The position numbers and the translations under genes are program-made. A DNA stretch of 64,000 nt from Lingula anatina (lineage: Eukaryota > Animalia > Brachiopoda), in the NCBI GenBank assembly GCA_051362555.1, contig JBPQGU010000016.1, forward strand, positions 744,001 to 808,000, read 5' to 3'. The notes below the pieces were generated by a model. The model was not told the origin of the DNA. It did not search any database and was given only the letters and a program-made list of their open reading frames with translations. Positions within the stretch are counted from its first letter, which is position 1. Each line of letters starts with the position of its first letter. Positions 12,972-24,074 of this stretch are shown piece after piece.

Positions 12972-13976
12972 GAGATACCAGTACAATATAATTCTTAGTG
13001 TCTTCCTTCGTTTAATTACTATTTGACCCACTGTTTGCTGAAACCAAACCTAAAAATCATGGGTGAGTTGCTCACTTTTTTCCTTTTGGGTATGCACAAG
13101 CAACCATACAACAGTAGCAACCAGTGCAGCGCATATGATTCCCACTAACACCAATGCTATTTGTAACCGTCTATTGACTTTTGTCTTTGGTGGCTGTGTT
13201 ATTCTGATATTGGGATCATTGTCATTGTTGGTTGGACGCGGCATTCTAAAACTCTCGTAAACACTTGGTGTCTCCTCTGGAGCAAGATCAACCTCCGACG
13301 ACGTTTCATATGTTGCGTTAATATAAGCGGCGCTTTGGCTTTGAGGGGTGGTAAATAACCCGATTCCTAGAAATGATTTAAGCATAATCCCATTACTGAA
13401 CTAGTGACACACGCTTTAACACGCTAAAGGAGTAGATTTTTCATCCATCATCAGCTAATATTAAAATGGTTTTCCTCCAACAGTTCGATGTCTATCAAGA
13501 ACATCTTAATCGGGGAAATAGCCTCTGTCCCCCTCCCCTTACTGCCCTAAAAGGCAGGTATGGGCCAGTGGGGATGGCTTCATTATTTTCAACATTAGCC
13601 GTTGAGTGCCTATAACATAACACCCTATAACATAACACAGCTGATGAAAATATTCTAGTTGTGACGGAACATAGAGTGTTTTTATTATTCCACATGAAAG
13701 CAATGCATACACTTTACAGTGAAGAATCTTTATGCTTAGTGGTGCTCTGCAATCATCTTAAAGTCCGTTTCAAATTGAATTTAAGTTGTTAAAGTGGGAA
13801 GCCAATAATTTATTTTCAAAGAGTATATAAAACATGTGTTGCTTACAACACCACATTTTTGCATATATACTCCATCAACATAATTTTATAGCTTCAATCT
13901 CATTTTTTTTTTAAATCAACTCCACTTCAAGATATGAAGCGTACGTTCTTGGATGCATACCTGATCTGTCTGCCAT
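11059..13976 (-). CDS. Paralog B: type II TM receptor, Tyr-motif tail - TM - 4 EGF - SRCR (about 364 aa)
   Basis: Exons 13961-13976 (MADRS), 13076-13366 (YINATYE, SVYESF, TM; phase-1 donor A|GTGAGC), EGF 12695-12808, 12230-12343, 11920-12030, 11637-11750, and terminal SRCR exon 11059-11393 ([19 protein letters not shown]...EDAGVLCF*). Total 1095 nt, in frame. Confidence 0.85.
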
Positions 13977-14310
13977 GTTAAAATTCTTCGAAGTTGAAGA
14001 GCTGTGCTGAAATAATAAAATGATGTGGAGTCACATCTGGCAAAATCGCTCCATTTTTGAAACGAAGAAAAATTTAAATGAGCATTTTACATCTACAACA
14101 CAATTCACATTATTTTTTCTAAATCACTAAAGTGGTTTAAAAAACATTTTATCATAGGTTTATGTTTCCCTGCGTTAGCTCTTTATTCCACATGTTGGGA
14201 ATCTCTACCATTAATTCTATCCTTATTATTATTGTGAAATCGTTTTCTGAATTTTTGGAAAAAAAAAGAATTGACCCAAGAATACAACATTGTCTTTATT
14301 TCTTTGGAGC

Positions 14311-14350
<40 letters not shown>

Positions 14351-15705
14351 TTATTGTCTAAAATCTATATAAAATACTCAGTAGACTTTACAGGGGTAAA
14401 TCGAACATCTCTAACAAGGTATAACTCTTGTTGCAGAGAATTGATCCAGGTAGTTTCTAATAGCATCAATGTTTCTGCTGTTAAAAACACATGATTGAGT
14501 GATATTTAATACTTGTCTTTAGATCCACGCAGAGAGTAACGTAGACACCAAGGTTTTGGTTTTAGGTTCACGACACTGGTGCCTACTGGTAATTCAAGTT
14601 GTAGATTGTATGTAAAAAAAATATGTGCGTGATTAAAAAAAACACAGATGAATCAGCGCGGAGTTTACTGTTAAGCAGTGGTGCTAAATTTGATGTGAAT
14701 ATGATTCCTGTTGTTCTAGTGGAAAGCTAGATTACGTGTAAAAGAATCAATCATCTGTTATTTCTCAATACTGTCTCAATATTATGAACTTTGAATTAAA
14801 AAACATCATAAAAAGAATCATTAACGCTCCTTCATACTTTATATTGCTGACCCGTAAGTAAACTCGTTGTCTAATATCCCTGCACCAGACTAGAAAGCAA
14901 ACTTTCTTATCGGTTTTGTCATTTTCACGAGGTCAAAAACTGCATGCTGCAAAAACATGTTTGCGAAACACGTTGTTTCAACTCTTATCTCAATTATTTA
15001 TCCTGAGTTCTAGGTCGTTCTTGACTAAATACCTTCGTTGGTATAGTTGTAAGTATCAAACTACTAATATAAGAATTCATTCAACCAATTATAAAATTCA
15101 GAATCATTTGTCTTTGGAGCAAAGTTTGATGAATTTTTTAATTAAACAAATAAAGAATAAGGTTTTAAATGTTTAATCGCGTCACTGCACTCCGGTGAAA
15201 ACTGTTTGAAAAGCGTTTACTTCCTTTGAAATGTCAGAGTCTGATGTTGCTAGGTAAAAAGGTAAGAAGTCTCCCATGATGCTATCAGTTATTTTCTCCA
15301 TAAGCATATCACTTACTTTAAGAGTCTACATTAAAACATGTAGATACATTCACAAAGTTCACTAATCCTATGATATCGCTTCATAATAATTTGATATAAA
15401 GATTCTCAACTTTAGTTTTTTATAAGTAAAACATCACTTGTGAACCAATTAATGTTATATTTCAGGATGAAGATTGTCTTTTTCTAAAAGGTTTAAAAAT
15501 GAATTGACTATATCGCTAAAATCACTGTGATGAAAACAACCTTTTTATCCACACTCACGAACATTCATTTTAGATATCCCCGTCAAAATTTAAAAACTTT
15601 AAAATTTGGAGCACAATAGCTGCACAATTGTGAAGTAAGATTACTTATCTATGGAAGTATATAAATGAATATTTCAAATCTGGAAGACATAATTATTGCC
15701 CTTAC

Positions 15706-15900
15706 CAGTGCGTTTGCAAAGAGGTGTTTTCAAACGGCTTTCTTTCTAATGTGACACTGCGCATGTTTGTTGATAACAACGCGTTCGCTCCCACGCAGAA
15801 CCTAAGCAGTATTACTTCCTGGGTCACAGACGAGCACAGGACGTGACGAGAAAAATATACGACGTTGCAAAAAGTTTGCAACTAAGAGCGACTGCTTGTT
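15706..15900 (-). promoter_or_regulatory. Putative non-coding first exon and promoter of paralog B
   Basis: Homologous to 9070-9260. Donor GTAAGG, ACTTCCTGG at 15814-15822, variant E-box GACGTGAC at 15840-15847. Confidence 0.5.
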
Positions 15901-17002
15901 TTCTAGAAAGGTATTTACTCCAAAATTGGAGCTACGAACATGTAGAAATCAGTCCCTGCTAGTACACCAGCAGCTTTCCAGGTGTAGATCAGTTTTCTTT
16001 GATAGAAAGAAAAAAATCCCAACATATTTTGGTAGTTGAGGCGCCTCGGTGTACAACTAAAGCAATGCATATAACGCCGTGTGACGGGACTTAATAGTTC
16101 ATTTCTGTGTGGGACGGTCCGCCTTCGCACCTATTTATTATCAAAAATTTTAGCATTTTCCTCTCAATCACCCAGGTATTATATATTTCTCCTCGCGAAA
16201 AATATGTATCATAAATTCATTAAGATTACAGTAACAGTTACTTTTTGGTTTCATTATGTTGAATTTTAAAAGAGAAAAGGATGTGGAATATAATAACATT
16301 ATAATAAAGATCATAATAGTACATATTATATTTTATAAATAACACATCATCATTTAAATTTAAAGTTATATGCAGTTTACAAATCTTAAAATACAATAAT
16401 ATGTCATTGTTTAATTACCTACATTGTACACCAGATAACTTTGTTTGTAACGAATTCTTATAGAAAATTCTTTGCATTAAATTTTTAAATGCTATTTTAA
16501 ACTGTTTTTAAAACTAATAATCAGTCTACAAGCTTTAATTGGATTAATTTATCATATCTCATTCCAGGAAATGACAGGCTAACTGATTGGATTTGGAGGA
16601 GCCCGAGTGAGACGCCTTAAAGACGAAAGGAGCCCAAAAACGATGGGCTGGTCACATGACTGACCAGACGATCAGGCACCTGCTGGAGTTTGGGTGGCTA
16701 GGAAGGGGAGTTAAAGAAGTCATCTGTGAAGATAATAGAACCCGTCACTAAACTGTAAATGAGGAATGAGACTTACAAAAAAATCGACAATAACATACCA
16801 CGCTTTATGTTAGAGGAAAGCAATTGTTTGTAAACCTGAAGTAAAATTACCCTTTGCTTGAGTTAATTTCAACAAAATATTTAAACCAACTGTTATTCAT
16901 CTGAATGCAATATAAAACAATGCTTTTGTTGTCCGTCCATTGAAGGTTTATTCAGCTGAAGTAGGTAACATATTTTTAAACAGTTAATTTTATTACGTAT
17001 CA

Positions 17003-18200
17003 TCAATAACAAAGAACACCAGAATCTTCACCGTGATGATGACAGTTTCCACGTCCCCACCCTCTGAGCCTTTAACCCTCAAGAGACCAAGTTATTTTAC
17101 TGACGGAAATGCCTAAGTGGGGTCATCTATGACCCCATTGTGTTCTATACAGGGATCCTTATTATAAAAGGCTGTTGAGGGTTTATCACACCTATACTAC
17201 TCCCAGGATTTAAGACAAGTATTTTATAATGATCTAATGTAAAAAAATATTTGGTAATAATACTTTTATTGCATGAAATAACCAAGCACAGATTTTAAGA
17301 ACAACATTACACCGGTATTTAGACAGTCCTTGTCAATTTCCACTTGCAGAAACATTTCTCTTTTTATTTGCCACACTAAATGAAAAAAGTACATTACAAA
17401 ATTGCTTTGAGTAAAAATATTTTGACTTATGTTGAGATAGCATCCTGCTGACTTCAATAAGAATAATTAGCTGATTTGCTGAGTAGGGAATACCCTAATG
17501 CCATGGTAAGGAAGTCATACTACTCAGAACACATTCAATCAACCTACATGTATGTTACTACCACATCTGTGTATATAACAAAATCCACACAAACACTTTG
17601 TTAATATATGTATAAAATGATATCGACAGAATTCTTTTGATTTCCGAAATACCCGAAAATTGTAACCGTCAAAACGAGAGACCCAGTTATGAGAACAAGT
17701 TCCAACAAAGCTACTGAAATTAGATTCAGCGATGCACTATTAGGTACACTTCAAGCACAATCTTTACAAACCACTTATTTGTGCCTATGTTATGGGCACA
17801 CTGGCTGGTTGCATGAAGTACATGCATGTGGCATTTTCCTGTCAGTGTTGCATGGGCAAAACATTTGAATTAAATTTGAAAACTAATATTTAAAAACCCA
17901 TGCTTCTCTTTGGGGTCATAAATGACCCCACAAGAGTTTGTGCTGTATACGCCACACTAATTGGTTGATCCCTACAAAAAACTGTGAAAGTGTGTAGGAT
18001 TAGTAGACTGACAAACTCATGCAACGAAAGAAAATTCGAATAAAAAATAAAGAGATGGCACATTAAATCATATGGCTGGGGTCGTAAATGACCCCACTCG
18101 GTCCCTTGAGGGTTAAGACTCAATATTGGGTTCTGATCACGTGCAGTTGACAGCCGTATGGTTCCACCACCTTATCCGAAATAGGCTTCTGTACAGCAAA
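17003..18200 (-). pseudogene. Degenerate SRCR exon remnant split by a transposon
   Basis: 18117-18200 reads roughly AYFG*GGGTI..C..SEPNIES. 17003-17071 reads RGWGRGNCHHHGEDSGVLCY*. Both are homologous to the 3' half of the paralog C SRCR exon and carry stops and frameshifts. Confidence 0.8.
17072..18116. mobile_element. piggyBac-like non-autonomous element with TTAA target-site duplication
   Basis: TTAA-CCCTCAAGAGACCAAGT ... ACTCGGTCCCTTGAGGG-TTAA, with three subterminal GGGGTC-N6-GACCCC palindromes near 17119, 17912 and 18078. Confidence 0.8.
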
Positions 18201-18334
18201 TTCCCTTAATAACTGAAGTATATTCTTAGCAAAATCGTAGTTACTGAAAATATATTTAAATAGAAAGAAACTTCATTAAGATTAATGATAATAAAAATAA
18301 TTAAATGTCAAATGTTATTTATAGCACTCCATTT

Positions 18335-18645
18335 CATAGATTTCAATGCTACTGACGGATATGTCTGTTTACTATACTATACTATACTATACTATACTAT
18401 ACTATACTATACCAAAAGCATGTATTCTAACTCTAACCTTGACTTATAACAACTGAATAGATTTCAATGCTACTGACAGTTATGTCTGTTTAATCTATTA
18501 CTCTATACTATACTGTTCTATACTATACTGTACCGTACTATACTGTACTGTACTGTACCGTGCCGTGCCGTGCCGTGCCGTGCCGTGCCGTACTATACTA
18601 AAAGCATGTATTCTAACCATAACCTTGGCTTAAAACAACTGAATA
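18335..18645. repeat. Short tandem duplication containing (CTATA)n, (CTGTA)n and (CCGTG)n pentamer microsatellites
   Basis: ATAGATTTCAATGCTACTGAC...AAAAGCATGTATTCTAAC occurs twice, each copy around a pentamer array. Confidence 0.75.
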
Positions 18646-18804
18646 ATGCAAGAGTAATGTACTGATTTTTAAACCTGACAAACGCTACTCATTTTACATA
18701 ACCGAATATCAACAAATCATTGCTATTCATTTGTCTCTCCCTGTATTAGTTCACTATGCGGAAAAAGGTGGCACATTTTCAACAGCATGTTCTAAGATGT
18801 ATCT

Positions 18805-21800
18805 TCAATAACAAATAACTCCAGCATCTTCATCGTGACCACAGTTATGAATCCCCCAACCTCTGTGAGTACATGATGCAATGTTGGGTTCCCACCCTGT
18901 GCAGTCAATATCGTCCAACCATATAGTTCCATTACCTTGCCCGAAATACGCACTCTGTATACTAAATGCTCTGGAATAGGGAAGACCCAAGGACCTGCAG
19001 AAAACTTGAGCATCATTATTATCCCAGCTGTCGTCGCAAACTGTTCCCCAACTTCCATTATGATACACTTCAACTCTGCCACTGTATTTTCCAGTGGTAA
19101 TTGATCCAACAAGACGATACAGGGGTCGGTACAGCAAATCTGAAATGTTCAATGAAAACCTGTTCAAAGAGCAAGCGTTTCAGTTATGGTCAGCATGTTT
19201 ACATTTAGAATTCACCCACATTTTATTGTATTTACTTCGACACTTATTCTCATTTTACCTACTGTCTTGCAAAACTGATTATATCAACATTTTTCATGAC
19301 ACGGCTTTAACCTGATTAACTATCCCTGTTGGTATATCTAGAATGACAGGTGCAAGAATAGGTGTTAACATAACTACTGCACGTGGCACCTTTTGTAGCA
19401 TGTTTATATTTAGTATTATTGTCAGCAGTAAGACATGATATGATTTTAGCAACATTCAGTGAGATGAAATGGATTATGTTTATGTCTCTGTAAATAACGC
19501 CCTAGCTTTATTCTGTAATTTACTGTTTTGTCACCAGACCTCTGTATGACACATATAATTCGTTCTTGTAAGAACGAACCAGAACATGTTCTCTAGGTCA
19601 CAATCAGAAACATTATTTTGCATATTATTTGTCATCTTATATTTATTATCTTTTCTCACCTTGGCAGTTTGTCCCGTAGTACCCGGCAGAACACAAACAT
19701 TGATAAGAATTCACCATGTCAACACACGTCCCACCATTCTGACAAGGACGACTGGAACATTCACTGATTTCTATAATAAGAAACATGAATAGATGTCAAC
19801 TGAAAAAAGAGCAGAGTCATCATTCACCGACTTCTAAATTGGTAATATATTCGGTAAATTAATGCCAGGAATTATTCAATCGTAAAAGAAGCAACACGCC
19901 ATCCAGGTGTCTGATATCAAATTTCTATTTTAAAATAAAACTATGCAAAATCTGTTTTCCCGTAATGGCATTTAAAAAGGTCGATAATTCAAAACAAAAT
20001 CACTTGATAATGATGTAATGTATGTTCTAACTAACTTACAGGGGATAATTCTACGTGGTTTTGTTAAAATTCTGCATAATTTTTAACTGATATCCTACCT
20101 AGCTGGCAGTATGTTCCTGTAAAACCACCTGGACAACTGCAGTGAAATCCGCCATAACTGTTTCGACAGGTGGCGCCACTGACACACGGGTTATTCAAAC
20201 ATTCATTTATATCTGAAAAGAAACAAAATATGGACCAAAGACTTAATTTTAAAGTTCAATTAAGTTAAGCGTTTTTTTTTTCACCTTAAACATGTAATTG
20301 TGAAACTGTTTTTACGTCATTCATGTGCTGCTTGATAAATGTGCCTTTTCTGTTGAACGCATTTACAAGATTAGAGTTTTTTATGATTTTGAAAGAAAGT
20401 CAACGAGAATAAATGGTGTGATCCAGAGTGCAAATAACGTTTATGAAAACTTGTGTTAACTGTGACATCGAATGTCGCATATTTTTCTTCAGATGAGTTC
20501 AACCGGATATAGTGAAAATTGTAATGCCACAAGCAACAATGTGTTTGCATGTAGACTTACCGTCTTCGCACCTTGGCCCTTGGAAACCGGAAGTACAAGA
20601 ACACACAAACGAAGCTGCCAGGTTTACACACGAGGCACCATTTTTACAGGGTAGGCTAAGACAATGGTTGGTCACTTTGGTAAAGTATGGATAAATATGA
20701 TTAGATTTCATAACAGAAATATCTTGCTAACAATGCAGTTACACCTATAATATTGGGGCTTAATATGTGTGAGTTATGGAATGCGTGAGAAAATGATATA
20801 TAACTTCTTGACAGTTATGTGTCGGTTTTCTCTACTTTTCGCTGAATCATTCTAAAATACAGTTTAACATAATGAACGTTTCATGTAACAATTTAACCAT
20901 TTTTCAAAAATTTCCCAATTTACAACTATCCTTAAATTATTATTTTACTTGAACCTGTCCTAGACTAAACGCATGGCCGTTTTTGTGCTAGAACATCGCA
21001 AGAATACAAAATGTTTTCCAATAGATTGATTACTTGTTAATTGGGTTTAACCACAGCCACAGGTGTAGTTCTTACTTGTTTCACAATTTCTACCCGAATA
21101 TCCAGAAGGACAACTGCACAAATACGTCTCAGATTGATTCCTGCAGACTGCACCATTTTGGCAAGGCTGGCTGCGACAGGGATCTCTAGCTGTAACACAA
21201 GTCTCAGGTGCTAATGGTGGTTCTTTTCCACAAAAAAACAATGGAAAAAACTGCTTGCAAATACTAAAATCAAGGAATGTGCGTTGGCAAACACACACAC
21301 ACTGTTTTTTTCAATATGATATTTGTTATAAACGCACAGAGAGAACGTTTAATACATACCTTGACAGTTTGTCCCATAGTACCCGGCAGAACACAAACAT
21401 CGATAGGAATTCACCATGTCAACACACGTCCCACCATGCAGACAGGGACGGTTGGAACATTCACGGACTTCTGCAATTGTATAATAAATGATTCAGTAAA
21501 ATGCATAAAAATGCAAAACATGTTTTGTCCGCTGCCTTGAGAACCCTCAACAATCATATTTATATCCGACAAAGCTTATATTCCCAATTCAGACCTCAAA
21601 ATGGATCAAAACCTATAAAAAAATAAAGTTTTTTTAGAGTGTACCGTGCCTACACCTGTAGTGCGCATGCTCATCAATTAAACTCGAGGTGAAGAAAGCA
21701 TGGCGGCTGGGGGCGATCGCAGGAAAAAAGCTCTTCTGTTCTATTATCTTTCAAAACAGAGACGAAAAAGAAATGAATTGGCCCGTAGAGCAGCAATGAA

Positions 21801-22757
21801 TCGGCTATCTACGGAGATAATGTCACCAGAGATATTCACGGAAATATTCACGGAGATAGGCCTACCCAGCTGATCAGCTGACCCAAGACCAAGGAGCATG
21901 CGCACTTAATATTTCTCAGGTGGCTTCCGCATGGCGAACGGAGCCGAGATTTAATGACTGTTCCCCGCAGGGACGACGTGTGGGGAGGCGTGTGAGAGGC
22001 GGAGAGACAATTAAAAGATTAGGCGGGTTTTCTTTTATGTACGTCCGCCATATTTAGTTCCAGGATTTGTAAAGCCTGGCTCGATCAACTCGTTGTGAAT
22101 GCGATCTTATCCCAGGGAAATCTCGTGAAGAGTACCTTTAATAGGAAAAAGAAGCAGAAATAACTTAACTAATAAAACAAAATGTATCAAAATAAACAAA
22201 TTACAATAAATGCAGCGAAATGTGAAGTGGGAATGGAATGATAAAGGAGGAATGATAAGAAACCAAAAAGTTGAATACCAAATGAAACCTAAAAAAGAAA
22301 AACAGAAATAAACTCACGCCTACCTGAAAATATAGAAGAAGTGTGTCATTTCAAGACAACAAAGTGGACAAGAAAGAACACGTCTTTCCTATGGCGCGAC
22401 TTGCGAACGACTGATCTCTTTCCCTCGCGCGAAAGAGACTTTGGACAAAGAAAAACACACACAAAAGAATACGAAAATACACGAATGAAGACGAACGAAT
22501 ACGCACACAAGGAGAACACAATGAGAGCACAAGGAGAGCGAAACTAAAGTATTTCTCCGGTCGAAAGTACACCAAGAAAGGACACATAGTTCTCGCACGT
22601 GATACCATTTCAACAAAGTTTCCTAAACCAATGGTTGGTCAGTGTCATACATATCTACGGTCAAGCACCTTAATACTCTGCCATGCCAAAGCTTTGGAGT
22701 AATATATGGTAATTAGTAATCGATAAAAATTTGGACATGTACATGATTGACAGAACT

Positions 22758-22819
<62 letters not shown>

Positions 22820-23069
22820 GAGTGCATGAATTGAGAGGAGTCGCCGAGGCTAGTTTGCTGTCAAAATTTGTTATCATACACAACACAACAGAATCAAATA
22901 GATGTAGGTTGAAAATGTCATTTTATTGACATTTGCACTTTGATTAATGTTCAAAGTACGAATGAAAAATACTGAGAGTTAGATATAAATCTATGAACGA
23001 CAATCATGCATGTTATATAATTTTCAAGCTTAAAGATATAATTTACATTTCAGCAAAGATGGAGGGAAA

Positions 23070-23140
<71 letters not shown>

Positions 23141-24074
23141 AATTCATAAAAATTTTTTTAATTTTTTGTCTATATTTTCTATTTTCTATTTGTCTTCCGT
23201 CGTTTATTTTCTAATTAAACCTATTGTTTACAGAATTAAAACTTTTAAAATTATGGCTGAGTTGCTCACTTTTTTCCTCTTGGGTATGCACAAGTGACCA
23301 TACAACAGTAGCAACCAGTGCAGCGCATATGATTCCCACTAACACCAGTGCTATTTGTAACCGTCTATTGACTTTTGTCTTTGGTGGCTGTGTAATCCTT
23401 GGATTGGGGTCAGTGACATTGTTGGTAGGACCACAAATTCTAATACTCTCGTAAACACTTGACGTCTCCTCTGGAGCAAAATTCACATCTGATGACGTTT
23501 GATTTCTATTAACTTTTGTCTTTGGTGGCTGTGTAATCTTTGGATTGGGGTCAGTGACATTGTCGGTAGGACCACAAATCCTCATACTTTTGTAAACATT
23601 TGGCGTCTCCTCTGGAGCAAAATTTACATCCGATGACATTTCATATGTTGCGTTTACATACCCGGCGCTTTGGTTTCTATTAACATTAGTCTTTGATGGC
23701 TGTGTAGTCCTTGGCTTGGGGTCAGTGACATTGTCGGTAGGACTTAAAATCATCATATCCTCGTAGACAATTGGCGTCTCCTCTGGAGCAAAATTCGCAT
23801 CTGATGACGTTTCATATGTTGCGATTACATACGCGGCGTTTTGGTTTCGAGGAGTAGTTAATAACTTGATACCTAAAAGCAGAAGTGAGAAACCAAAACA
23901 TTTATTTTAAAATATTATGTTGAACACTGGGCAAGCATTTCTGCACGTACTCTCCCATTACATATTTATTTCTTTGGCTTAAATTTAAGACAGGTTTATA
24001 AAATGAACTCTTATTTGTACAAAATGATTAAATTAAACATTCATCCCTGGATTCATACCTCTTGTGTCTGCCAT
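18805..24074 (-). CDS. Paralog C: type II TM receptor, triplicated Tyr-motif tail - TM - 5 EGF - SRCR (about 505 aa)
   Basis: Exons 24059-24074 (MADTR), 23270-23872 (three tail repeats plus TM; donor A|GTGAGC), EGF 21360-21470, 21076-21189, 20561-20674, 20099-20212, 19660-19770, and SRCR exon 18805-19139 ([19 protein letters not shown]...EDAGVICY*). Total 1518 nt, in frame. Confidence 0.85.
19312..19425 (-). pseudogene. Decayed EGF pseudo-exon in the last intron of paralog C
   Basis: Reads [26 protein letters not shown]. It is the positional homolog of paralog B exon 11637-11750, has lost three Cys and has an in-frame stop. Confidence 0.7.
23364..23848 (-). repeat. Coding tandem repeat (171, 171 and 141 bp) of the cytoplasmic Tyr-motif unit in paralog C
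   Basis: SSD.NFAPEET..VY....I..PT.NVTDP.P..TQP.KT.VNR occurs three times. Confidence 0.9.

Noticed and set aside
13050-13052. Premature stop suggesting paralog B (and likewise C at 23211) is a pseudogene
   Set aside because: An upstream phase-1 GTGAGC donor bypasses the stop, and all downstream exons are intact.
22595-22612. TGGTATCA on the minus strand resembling an LTR primer-binding site
   Set aside because: No adjacent TG...CA LTR and no gag or pol remnants found.
7519-23454. Recurring plus-strand ORFs (7519, 13063, 23224; 11762, 19586, 21277; 11127, 11153)
   Set aside because: Antisense frames of the paralogous minus-strand TM, EGF and SRCR exons.
501-24074. Single long Notch-, Crumbs- or fibropellin-like gene spanning all EGF exons
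   Set aside because: Stop codons end each SRCR exon, and each unit has its own start exon, TM exon and promoter-like block.
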